From Verrucomicrobiota bacterium (GTDB lineage Bacteria > Verrucomicrobiota > Lentisphaeria > Lentisphaerales > Lentisphaeraceae): a DNA stretch of 64,000 nt. The position numbers were made by a program, and so were the translations under genes. The stretch lies in contig JBDKFG010000001.1 in the NCBI GenBank assembly GCA_039798785.1, positions 128,001 through 192,000 of the forward strand, written 5' to 3'. Below, piece after piece: positions 30,261 to 39,249 of the stretch (its first letter is position 1; each line of letters opens with the position of its first letter). The notes under the pieces were generated by a model. That model was not told the DNA's origin and did no database searches. It saw only the letters and a program-made list of their open reading frames with translations.

Positions 30261-30457
30261 GAAGCGCAAGCCGTCCCGGAGACTTTTTTGTCGTCGCAAA
30301 AGCTTGATTTTGAGCTTGGCGAGAGCCATTCAGGGGAAAAAAGGGGAAGCCAGGAGGGGGTCCCCCTGGTCTTCCCTAAGCTCCCCTGCCGACTTTTGGC
30401 GGGACGGAAAAGCCGCGCCTTTTTCAAGGCGCGGCTATTTCAGCAGTGGTTGCGGTT

Positions 30458-31195
30458 TTAATCCGGGCTGGGACTCTCGTCACCATCCTCGTCATCTCCG
30501 GGGAGTGATTCTCCGCCGGCGGAGCGCATGTCGACGCCGACGACGATTTCGCCGAGCCATTTGCGGGTCTTGCCGGCAGCAGCGAGTTCTCCGGCGGGAC
30601 CGCGGATGACTTCTTCGAAGACCTTGGTGGCCTCGCGGATGACCGCGACCGGGGTGTCTGCGCCGCAGACTTCGGCGATTTCCCCGAGGAGCTTGGCGAT
30701 GCGGTGCGGCGACTCGAAGATGAAGGTGGTCGAGCCGACGTCCCGCCATTTTTCCAAGGTTTTGCGGCGGCGTCCGCTTTTCACCGGCAGGAAACCGATG
30801 AAGGAGAAGGTGTCCACCGGCAGTCCCGATGCGACGGCGGCAAAGGTGAGAGACGAGACGCCGGGGACGACGATGGGTTCGATGCCGCGTTTGACGGCTT
30901 CCCTGACGACGAGGAAGCCTGGGTCGGCGATGGCGGGTGTGCCGGCGTCGCAGACCAGGGCGACCTTTTTTCCCGACTCGACCTGGTCGAGGAGCCACGA
31001 GGTCTTGCCGTGTTCGTTGTGCATGTGATAGGCGCTGAGCGGTTTACTCAGGCCGAGGTGCTTGAGCAGGATGCCGGCACGCCGGGTGTCTTCGGCGGCG
31101 ACCAGGTCGCAGTCAGCCAGCACCTTGCCGGCGCGGATGGTCAGGTCGTCGAGATTGCCGATCGGGGTGGAGACAAGGGAGAGGCTGCCGGACAT
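30458..31195 (-). CDS. rsmI: 16S rRNA Cm1402 2'-O-methyltransferase
   Basis: VSTPIGNLDDLTIRA, AEDTRR, DAGTPAIADPG, FESPHR, REATKVFEE. Confidence 0.96.
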   Translation of the reverse strand: MSGSLSLVSTPIGNLDDLTIRAGKVLADCDLVAAEDTRRAGILLKHLGLSKPLSAYHMHNEHGKTSWLLDQVESGKKVALVCDAGTPAIADPGFLVVREAVKRGIEPIVVPGVSSLTFAAVASGLPVDTFSFIGFLPVKSGRRRKTLEKWRDVGSTTFIFESPHRIAKLLGEIAEVCGADTPVAVIREATKVFEEVIRGPAGELAAAGKTRKWLGEIVVGVDMRSAGGESLPGDDEDGDESPSPD

Positions 31196-31436
31196 GTGTG
31201 ATTCCTCGTTTGTTGACGGCCGAGAATATGGCGGTGATTGCCACTTGCGCGCAGGCATCGCCGCGGCCGCCGCGGCTTGAGGCTGACGAAGAAAAGCAGC
31301 TGTGAGGGAGGATGGGAAATGTTACGGGCTTGGCGTCGTATGACATGATTGATTCGGTGAAATGACGCAAAAGCCCGCGGATTAGCGTTTGTACGGGTGC
31401 TGATGAATTAAAGAAATCAATTTCTGGGAGAGCGAA

Positions 31437-32744
31437 ATGAAAACCTGGATTCTGGTCTGTCTGAGCTTCTGTCTTTGCTGCGCCCTCTCTGCTGCGGAAT
31501 CCCCAGATGCCAAGGTGTGGGAAGAGACGATCAAGCCGATCAAAAAAGCGATGCGCGAAAACAAGGTCAATGCCTTGAAGGATTTGCAGACTGAGGACCA
31601 CCCCCTCTCAGCGTCCTTCCTGCTCGGCGTCCTGGCTGACCGAGATCTCAGTTATCGCGGCGAGGCGGTGAACCTCCTGGCTTCCTACAAAAGCGCGGAA
31701 GTGCATCAATTCCTGGTCCAGCATCTGAAAAGGAACACCTCGAACCTGAAGCCGGCGCAGATTTTCGCCTTGGTCAATCTCGATCTCGTCGAGTCCTGCG
31801 ACGTCTTTGCCCGCCTCGCCGGCGGCAGCAACGAAGCCTTGGCCATCGGGGCCTTGAAAGCCTTGTCCCGGCTCAGCAAGGTTGACCCTGCCGCGGTTCC
31901 GGCGATGAGCGGCAAGCTGGCCGCCCGCAATTCCTACAGCTTGCGCCGCGCCGCAATCGAGGCCTTGGGCAATGCCGAATGCGAGGCCGCCTTCCTGGCC
32001 TTGGCGGCGATGGCCGATGACAAGGAGCTGCTCGAGGAGATCAACAAGGCCCTGAAGTTGATGGTCGGCAGCCAAGGGGGGACCAACAGCGCCGCATGGA
32101 AACAGTGGTGGGAGTCGCACAAGGAAGGATTCGTCTTCCCCAGCCGCGCCAGCCGGGAGGCTCAGGTGCGCGAGGCAGTCGCGGCGGCGGAAAAGGCCGC
32201 GGGCGAAGCCAAGAAGGAAGGATACTTTTACGGACTTCCGCTCGAGGGCAAGAACATCATCTTCATCATCGACCGCTCAGGTTCGATGCAGGGCGGCAAA
32301 CTCGATGAAGTCAAGAAGAAGCTGCACGATCTGCTTGAGGAGAACTTCTACTCCGGCCGCAAGGTCGCACTGCTCTTCTTCGACAATCAGCTCGAGACCT
32401 ATCCCAACAACGGTCTGGTCGACGGTGATGACAAGTCGAAGGCGAAACTGTTCAAATTCCTCGACGGCATCCAGCCGCGCGGCGGCACCGTGCCGGAGAT
32501 CGCCTGTGAACATGCGTTTGAGAAAATCGTCAAGCGTCAACAGGTCGACACCATCTACCTGCTTTCCGACGGCGCTCCGAACAATCCGCCTGACCAGGTG
32601 CGGGCGAAAATCGTCGGTCTCGCGGCCGGCACCTATGTCAAGATCCATACCGTCGGCTTCCAGGTTGCTGGGGATCAGGCAGCCCAGGAATTCCTCAAGA
32701 AGATCGCCGAAGCCACCGACGGCAAATACGTCCAGGTCAACTGA
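31437..32744 (+). CDS. Exported HEAT-like repeat + VWA domain protein
   Basis: Signal peptide; helical repeats (RRAAIEALG) ending AWKQWWE; VWA MIDAS DRSGSM, GGT, LLSDGAP, IHTVGF. Confidence 0.85.
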   Translation: MKTWILVCLSFCLCCALSAAESPDAKVWEETIKPIKKAMRENKVNALKDLQTEDHPLSASFLLGVLADRDLSYRGEAVNLLASYKSAEVHQFLVQHLKRNTSNLKPAQIFALVNLDLVESCDVFARLAGGSNEALAIGALKALSRLSKVDPAAVPAMSGKLAARNSYSLRRAAIEALGNAECEAAFLALAAMADDKELLEEINKALKLMVGSQGGTNSAAWKQWWESHKEGFVFPSRASREAQVREAVAAAEKAAGEAKKEGYFYGLPLEGKNIIFIIDRSGSMQGGKLDEVKKKLHDLLEENFYSGRKVALLFFDNQLETYPNNGLVDGDDKSKAKLFKFLDGIQPRGGTVPEIACEHAFEKIVKRQQVDTIYLLSDGAPNNPPDQVRAKIVGLAAGTYVKIHTVGFQVAGDQAAQEFLKKIAEATDGKYVQVN

Positions 32745-32748
32745 GGGT

Positions 32749-33333
32749 CTAGCCCTGCAGCTCGTTGTCGAGGCGGATGATCTCCTTGCACAAGGCGGCG
32801 GTGACGCGTTGCTTGTTGACGCGGACACTGCTTTCGGCGAGGCCTAGCTGCTTTCCCACTTCGACACTGCTTTGTCCTTGGGAGCAGAGCTGGAAGCATT
32901 GCTGGACATGCGGGGAGAATCGATCGCGGATGTTTTCCCAGGCGAGTCTGGAGATGTAGCGCTGCCATTCCTTTTCGGCAATGGCGTCGATCTCCGGCTC
33001 GCTCGATTCCTCCATCTCCAGATTCTCCGGGGCGCTGCGGCTCAGGGTGCTGCGATCGCGTACCGAGGTCCGCAGGGTGTTCCGGCAGATCCGGCTCAGC
33101 CAGGTGCGGAATTGGCACTGGCCCTCTCGATATTGATAAGCAGGAAGGGCCTTCCAGGCTTTCACCAGGACCTCCTGGCAGATGTCCTCTGCATCTTGGC
33201 GTTGCGCTCCGAGTTGGCGCAGGAGCCCAAGGAGGAAAGGCTGGTAGGCATGGAGGAATTCCGCCCAGGACTTTTCGTCCTGGCGGTCGCGGAGGCGCTG
33301 CAGCAGCGTCACGCGTGTCTCCTTGCGGCTCAT
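32749..33333 (-). CDS. ECF sigma factor, kinase-associated type
   Basis: TRVTLLQRL, WAEFLHAY, DAEDICQEV, FRTWL, C-terminal HTH (VGKQLGLAESSV); co-oriented downstream of a Ser/Thr kinase. Confidence 0.92.
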   Translation of the reverse strand: MSRKETRVTLLQRLRDRQDEKSWAEFLHAYQPFLLGLLRQLGAQRQDAEDICQEVLVKAWKALPAYQYREGQCQFRTWLSRICRNTLRTSVRDRSTLSRSAPENLEMEESSEPEIDAIAEKEWQRYISRLAWENIRDRFSPHVQQCFQLCSQGQSSVEVGKQLGLAESSVRVNKQRVTAALCKEIIRLDNELQG

Positions 33334-33400
33334 CGGCAGTCACCTTGTGTTGCGCTGAAGATGGCGTCGCTTGGCAGGGATGGCAAGGCCGGATGAGGCC

Positions 33401-35425
33401 TTAGTCGCCGATGATCAGCTCGATTTCTTTATTGAGCCTGCTCAGCTGTTTTGGGTCGAAGCCAGGGCTGAGGGTGAGCTTCTTCAGCGACGGGCAATTG
33501 CAGATCGGGTTCAAGTCCTTGAATTTCGACTGGCGCAGATCGAGTTCTTCGAGATGCGGCAGTTCGTTAATCGAGCTGAGCGTGGCGATCGAGCAGTTCC
33601 TCAGTTCAATCCTGCGCAGCGAGGGGAATTTTAACCAGCCACGAAAATCTGGGATCTTGCTGTTGCTGAGGCGCAGTTCCTCCAGCGGCATTCCTTTGAG
33701 ATAAGAAGCTGATACATGAAAGGAGCGAGCGACAAGAATTCCCGCAGGGAAGAAGTTCAAAGCCGTGGCGTCCTTCAGATTCTGACAGTCACCGAGATCA
33801 AGTATGTTGTTGCGAAATTGGAATTCCGCCACCGGGTAATCCGGATTCCTCAATTTGAGGTAGCCGCGGACAAAGACCAGGCGATCTTCCTCGCTGAGAT
33901 TTTTCCTGACGTGACGGGCGGCGAGACGGGGGATGATCCATCTGTTATCGCTTCTGGCCTTGTCGAGAATCTCGAGAAGCTCCGTCTCGCTCAAGACATG
34001 TCCGTTTTTCTGAAGCGCCGCCGCCGCTTCAACCAGTGGCCGAATTTTGACAAAATCAGACTCGTTGGATCCATAGGTTTGATAGGCCTTGGCGGACGCG
34101 ACAAAGTCCTCACGGATGAAATAGCCGTGGCCCAACACCCGCCAGACTTCCTTTAAATTCGGATCGAGACTCAAAGCCAATTGAGCCAAGGCGAAGGAGG
34201 TGTCGAAATCATTTCTCCTGTCAGCCTCCAAGGCCTGGAATTGGTAGAACTGGGGGCGCACAGCGAGCTCTCTGCGCAATGTTTCTTCACTGCTTTCAGC
34301 AAGACGTCTCGCCGCTTCAATGTTGTGGATAAAAACCGCCACCATGACAAGAAGGCAGAGAGTGCTAAAGGTGAGGACGGCGCTACTCATGCGGTTGCGT
34401 TTCACTAGGAGCCAGACCTGTTTCGAGAAACTCGCGGTCTCAGCTTGCGGAGCAAAGCCGTTGAGGTAGGCATTGAGGTCATCGAGGAGGGCGTCGACGG
34501 AGGAGTAGCGATTTTCCGGCGCCACCGACATCGCTTGCCGGCAGATGGCTTCCAGACTTTCGGGGATGTCGCGCCGGGGACGATAATGACCCAGAGGAAG
34601 AAAGTCGCCGCGACGTGTCGCTTCGAGGCAGGCTTCGAGGCTGTCTCCCTGGAAGGGTTTTTCATAACAGAGCAGGCTATAGAGGATGGCACCGAGGGCG
34701 AAAATGTCGCTGCGCTGGTCCTTGCGGGTGAAGGCGCCGCCGGCCTGCTCTGGCGACATGTATCCGGGACTGCCTTTGATGTAGCCGTCGCGAGTCAAGC
34801 TGTTGAGCTCCTGGGAGTCGAGGGAGTGATCAAGCAATGAGGGGTCTTCACAGACCTCGTCGAGGACGCGAGCCAGACCCCAGTCGCAGACCAGAATTTC
34901 GCCGTGGGCGCTGACCTCGATGTTGGCAGGTTTGAGGTCGAGATGGATGACGCCGCGCTGATGGGCGTAGGCCATCGCTTCGCAAATCCGGCTGAAGAGG
35001 CTGAGTCGGACGGGGAGGGGGAAGCTTCTGCGGGTCACGACATCGTCGGCGCGGAGCTTCTCGAGGATCGATTCGAGATCTTCTCCTTCTGCCAGTTTCA
35101 TGATGAAATAGGGGCCGATTTCGGGGCTGCGGCCGATTTCATAGATCGGCATGATGTGCGGATGCTGCAGTTGCGCCGTCAGGCGAGCCTCGCGCAGGAA
35201 CTTTTCGGTGTCTTTCTCGGGCCGGAGGAGTTCGGCGCGTGCGACGAGTCTGCCGCTGCGCCGGTCACGGCAGCGGATCACCCGCTTCATGCCGCCTTGC
35301 TCAATGAGATGATCGTCCTCGTAAGGCCATTCGCCAGGATCGAGCTTAGGCGTGGAGCTTGTCTGTCCGTCACGCAGAGACATCGCCTGGCGGAAATATT
35401 GATCGAATTCCATCTCGCCGTTCAT
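33401..35425 (-). CDS. Membrane Ser/Thr protein kinase with TPR-like and leucine-rich-repeat C-terminus
   Basis: FLREA, HPHIMPIYE, HLDLKPAN, DWG, GSPGYMSPE, SDIFALG; one TM segment; LRRs (LEELRLSNSKI, LRRIELRNCSI, LEELDLRQSKF). The subdomain II Lys is absent (VARA). Confidence 0.92.
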   Translation of the reverse strand: MNGEMEFDQYFRQAMSLRDGQTSSTPKLDPGEWPYEDDHLIEQGGMKRVIRCRDRRSGRLVARAELLRPEKDTEKFLREARLTAQLQHPHIMPIYEIGRSPEIGPYFIMKLAEGEDLESILEKLRADDVVTRRSFPLPVRLSLFSRICEAMAYAHQRGVIHLDLKPANIEVSAHGEILVCDWGLARVLDEVCEDPSLLDHSLDSQELNSLTRDGYIKGSPGYMSPEQAGGAFTRKDQRSDIFALGAILYSLLCYEKPFQGDSLEACLEATRRGDFLPLGHYRPRRDIPESLEAICRQAMSVAPENRYSSVDALLDDLNAYLNGFAPQAETASFSKQVWLLVKRNRMSSAVLTFSTLCLLVMVAVFIHNIEAARRLAESSEETLRRELAVRPQFYQFQALEADRRNDFDTSFALAQLALSLDPNLKEVWRVLGHGYFIREDFVASAKAYQTYGSNESDFVKIRPLVEAAAALQKNGHVLSETELLEILDKARSDNRWIIPRLAARHVRKNLSEEDRLVFVRGYLKLRNPDYPVAEFQFRNNILDLGDCQNLKDATALNFFPAGILVARSFHVSASYLKGMPLEELRLSNSKIPDFRGWLKFPSLRRIELRNCSIATLSSINELPHLEELDLRQSKFKDLNPICNCPSLKKLTLSPGFDPKQLSRLNKEIELIIGD

Positions 35426-35631
35426 GACGAAAGCCTCCCACTTGCAAAGCTAGACGAACCTAGGCCTCCGGGCAAGGGCTGGAAGCGACAAGCCGCGCAA
35501 GAAGATGATCCGGGCTGAAAACCCTTGAGGATCGCATCGGTCAGGAAAAAATCAGAAAATCATGTTTTTCATGCAACGCCCTCGGATCCAAACGAGTTGA
35601 TCCCTTTTAAGACAACACCTAAGGAATCTCT

Positions 35632-36315
35632 GTGAATCTGATCATAACCCTCACGGCTTTGGTGGCATGCCTCGCTTTCACTTGGAAGTGGCGCATCTCT
35701 CGTCGTCCTTCGCAGTCATTTTGGGCGATCGGCTTCGCCGTGTTGGGCTTGTCCAGCGCTTATTGCGGCTCTGATCAAGATGAAACCGAGCTGGCCAATC
35801 GGGGCTTGCTGCGTCAGGCTGTAGCCATTCATTGTGCCGGTCTGATCAAGTCCCAGGGCCCTCTTCTGGTCTTTATCCCTCCCAATTCGGCGCCGGAAAT
35901 CCGGGCGACTTATGACGCCGCCATTGCGGCCTGGGGGAAAGGCGACGGCCTCCCGGCTCGGGTCGTTGAAGTGGAGAGTCTCGCCTTGGGGCAGGGCTTC
36001 AGCCTGGAGTGCTTCCGGAAGGAGGTGAAAGAGGCCTCGGAATGCCGCCTCATCCTCACCTACGCCGGTTTGCCTAAAAATCTTAGCGATGAGGAGTGCA
36101 GGGAACTGCTTGCCCAAGCGAAACTGGTCCAAGTCGAAGGTGCGACTGAAACCGCGCTCAATCTGCAGCGTGCCGGAGCCCCGATACCTCTTGTCCTTGT
36201 GCCTGCGGCCAATGCGGAATCGCCGCCCCCCGGCAGCTTCCTCGAAGGCAGCTCTGCTGAGATCTGCAGTCGCTATTTCCAAGTCGTCACGAGCCCAACC
36301 CATGTCGGAGAATAA
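35632..36315 (+). CDS. Hypothetical membrane-anchored protein
   Basis: 227-aa ORF with two N-terminal hydrophobic segments and RBS aagga; ends 2 bp before the pilin-like gene. Confidence 0.65.
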   Translation: MNLIITLTALVACLAFTWKWRISRRPSQSFWAIGFAVLGLSSAYCGSDQDETELANRGLLRQAVAIHCAGLIKSQGPLLVFIPPNSAPEIRATYDAAIAAWGKGDGLPARVVEVESLALGQGFSLECFRKEVKEASECRLILTYAGLPKNLSDEECRELLAQAKLVQVEGATETALNLQRAGAPIPLVLVPAANAESPPPGSFLEGSSAEICSRYFQVVTSPTHVGE

Positions 36316-36317
36316 TC

Positions 36318-37085
36318 ATGAAGAGCCACCAGTCCCGAAAATTCACCTTGTTGGAATTGATGATCGTGATCTCGGTCATCCTTATCCTCATCTCTTTGAT
36401 GATGCCGGCTTTCAAACGTTCCCAAGCAGTCGCTCACCATGCGGTCTGCGGCAGCAACATGAAGCAGCTCTACCTCGTCCACATCCTTTTTGCCAACACT
36501 CACAAAGGCTCGCCGGTCGGCATCGACACTTCCGCAACTTATTGGACCGGAGATAACTTTGGACGAAGCGGCATCCCGAAGAGAAGGAGGGGCGGCAGCT
36601 CCATCAACATCATGAAGAAACCGCTCAACCCTTTGATCGATGTCAATCTCAATCCCAATTCCGATCTGAAAGTGGTCGATTGTCCGCGCCTCAAAAAAAA
36701 TGCGGACGCCATTTTGGAAGGCTCCTCTTACCTCACCAACATGGGCTTCGGCGATGGAGCTTTCGGCACCAAGATCGCAGATCACAGCGAGGAGAATCGA
36801 AATCTCCGCCCTTGCACCTCCCTTAGTAAGGTGATCCACTCTTCAGCGATGGTGCTGATCTATGAAACACCGGTTTATGGACGATATCATAAACATGCCG
36901 ATGAGGACTTTCCCGGGCATTTCACGGCTAAATGGAACACCCGATTCAACATGATCACCTCGGATGGCGCCTTCCATCAGCAGCAATCAGTGGCTCCTGG
37001 TCAGGTCGATCTGGGGAAGGTGACCCTGTCGAATTGCGCGACCAGTGGCGACGAGCTCGATCCTAACTGCCCGCGTTGCCATTAA
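36318..37085 (+). CDS. Prepilin-type N-terminal cleavage/methylation domain protein (pseudopilin-like)
   Basis: KFTLLELMIVISVILILISLMMP followed by CGSNMKQL; C-terminal Cys cluster. Confidence 0.88.
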   Translation: MKSHQSRKFTLLELMIVISVILILISLMMPAFKRSQAVAHHAVCGSNMKQLYLVHILFANTHKGSPVGIDTSATYWTGDNFGRSGIPKRRRGGSSINIMKKPLNPLIDVNLNPNSDLKVVDCPRLKKNADAILEGSSYLTNMGFGDGAFGTKIADHSEENRNLRPCTSLSKVIHSSAMVLIYETPVYGRYHKHADEDFPGHFTAKWNTRFNMITSDGAFHQQQSVAPGQVDLGKVTLSNCATSGDELDPNCPRCH

Positions 37086-37102
37086 AATCAATCAACCTGT
37101 GC

Positions 37103-37269
37103 AACTCAAGATCCAGCTCAGTCTACCGCAGAAGACGCAGAATCACGCAGATAGAATGAAGCACCGCCCGAGTACGAGAGTATCGACATGTGATGTTCGA
37201 TGAGCGTCTTCCTTCGCTAAATCCCCTCTCATATTCTGCGTCTTCTGTCTTCTGCGGTTATTCTGAGTT
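37103..37269. repeat. Miniature inverted-repeat element built from GCAGAAGAC-type units
   Basis: Left arm aactca...accgcagaagacgcagaat; right arm attctgcgtcttctgtcttctgcggt...tgagtt. Sits at the left edge of the sulfatase island. Confidence 0.6.
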
Positions 37270-37368
37270 TCGTCAGTTAGGATTTTTGATTTGCAAAGTT
37301 CCAATAATCATGGAGATAGAGCATCTTATACCCACAAAGTTCCCAATCACTCCATTGCCAAAGGTGAT

Positions 37369-39201
37369 ATGATGTCAAGCTCCCCACACTCAGTTCTTGG
37401 TCTGTTCTCCAAGAAGATGATGCAGATTCTTGCTCTTGGCGGCCTGTGTTTCGGCCTGCCGGCTTCCGCCCAGGCGCTGCCTGCGCATGCCGATAAGGTT
37501 GTTGTCGCAGCCCAAGGCAAGACTTTAGGTTCTGAACGTCTTATGGCGGCTTCCACGGAAGCTCTGGTCGGCGGCACGCCATCATCGCTGGCGCCGGGAT
37601 CGCTCGCCGCCGCCGAGATCAGCGGCTTAGCTAGCCCCGCACAGGCCCCGGCAGCAGATGCCAAGCCCAACGCCAAGCCCAACATTGTCATCATCTATGC
37701 CGACGACATGGGCTACGGCGATACCAGCTGCAATAACCCGGAAAGCAAAATCCCCACACCCAACATCGATGCCCTCGCCAAGGAAGGCATGCGCTTCACC
37801 GATGGACATTGCTCCTCAGCCATTTGCACCCCCAGCCGCTACGCCCTGCTCACCGGCAACTACCACTGGCGTAAAAACATCTTTTCACTGATCTACGACG
37901 ACAAAGGTCCGCAAAACGTCTTTCACGAAAACCAAGCGACCTTGCCGCGCATCCTGCACAACAACGGCTACAACGCCGGCATGATCGGCAAGTGGCACCT
38001 TGGCTGGAGATGGGAGTCCATCGTCAAAGATGGCGACACCCTGCGCCGCATGAAAGCCCCCTCTGGCGAGGGCGATTCTGGCGAGGAAGATGCAAGCGGG
38101 AAGCCCAGTAAAGGCGTGATCCGCGAAGGCTACGACCCGAGCTGCCTCGACTGGAGCAAGCGCTTCCGCGGCGGCCCGATCGACATCGGCTTCGACTCCT
38201 ACTTTGGCGACGACACCATCAACTTCGCCCCTTATGGCTGGATCAAAGACGACAAAGCCGTTGAACCCCTCACCGAATTCCTCAGAGTGCCCACCCCACG
38301 CCCCCTCGAAGGTAGCTGGGAATGCCGTGGCGGCCCCATGGTCAAAGGCTGGGACTTCTATCAGGTCTTCCCCACACTTGAGAAAAAAGCCGTTGAATTC
38401 ATCGAACAGGCACCGAGCGACAAGCCCTTCTTCCTTTATTACGCCTTGCCCGCTCCCCACGCCCCGATCATCCCCAACCAGGAATTCATCGGCAAAACCA
38501 AGATCGGTCCTTATGGCGACTCTATGGTTCAAGTCGATGCCACCGTCGGAGCCATTCGCGCCGCCCTCAAGAAAAAGGGCATCTATGAAAACACCATCAT
38601 CATTTTCACCTCTGACAACGGACCCACCTCAGGACACCGTGGCGAGGGAGAAAACCGCCACTCTTGCACTGGTTTCGAAGGCCAAGGAAGTCTCACCGGC
38701 AAGAAGCGCAACATCGAAGAAGGCGGACACCGCATGCCCTTTATCGTGACCTGGCCAGGTGTGACCAAACCCGGCTCCGTAAGTCATCAACTCATCAACC
38801 AAGTCGACCTTCACGCCACCTTGTCCAGTATCGTCGGCGCCAAAATGCCCACCAACACCGCCATCGACAGCTTTGACTTCAGTCCCATCCTGCGCGGCCA
38901 AGACGCCCCCGTCCGCGACCACATGATTCTCAATACCACCAGCCCCATCGAGTTTGGTCTGCGCGAAGGAAGCTGGGTTCTGATTGCGTGCCTCGATCAA
39001 GATCGCAAACAACTCGACCCCAAAAAAGGCTACCTCGCCTTGTATGACCTGAGCAAAACCCTCGAACAAAACAACAGAACCAACCTTGCCAAAGCCAACC
39101 CTGAAAAAGCACAGGCCATGCTCAAAACCCTGATCCAAAAAGTCAACTCCCCCGCTACTTCGCCTCGCTTAAGCACTGCGGCTCAAATAATTAGCCTATA
39201 A
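37369..39201 (+). CDS. Formylglycine-dependent sulfatase (arylsulfatase A-like)
   Basis: PNIVIIYADDMGYGD, CTPSRYALLTG, GKWHLG, PHAP, TSDNG, GKKRNIEEGGHRMPF. Confidence 0.94.
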   Translation: MMSSSPHSVLGLFSKKMMQILALGGLCFGLPASAQALPAHADKVVVAAQGKTLGSERLMAASTEALVGGTPSSLAPGSLAAAEISGLASPAQAPAADAKPNAKPNIVIIYADDMGYGDTSCNNPESKIPTPNIDALAKEGMRFTDGHCSSAICTPSRYALLTGNYHWRKNIFSLIYDDKGPQNVFHENQATLPRILHNNGYNAGMIGKWHLGWRWESIVKDGDTLRRMKAPSGEGDSGEEDASGKPSKGVIREGYDPSCLDWSKRFRGGPIDIGFDSYFGDDTINFAPYGWIKDDKAVEPLTEFLRVPTPRPLEGSWECRGGPMVKGWDFYQVFPTLEKKAVEFIEQAPSDKPFFLYYALPAPHAPIIPNQEFIGKTKIGPYGDSMVQVDATVGAIRAALKKKGIYENTIIIFTSDNGPTSGHRGEGENRHSCTGFEGQGSLTGKKRNIEEGGHRMPFIVTWPGVTKPGSVSHQLINQVDLHATLSSIVGAKMPTNTAIDSFDFSPILRGQDAPVRDHMILNTTSPIEFGLREGSWVLIACLDQDRKQLDPKKGYLALYDLSKTLEQNNRTNLAKANPEKAQAMLKTLIQKVNSPATSPRLSTAAQIISL

Positions 39202-39249
39202 ATTCTCCCCACAATCAAGTTCCCCTCCAAATCTATTGCAAAAGGTGAT

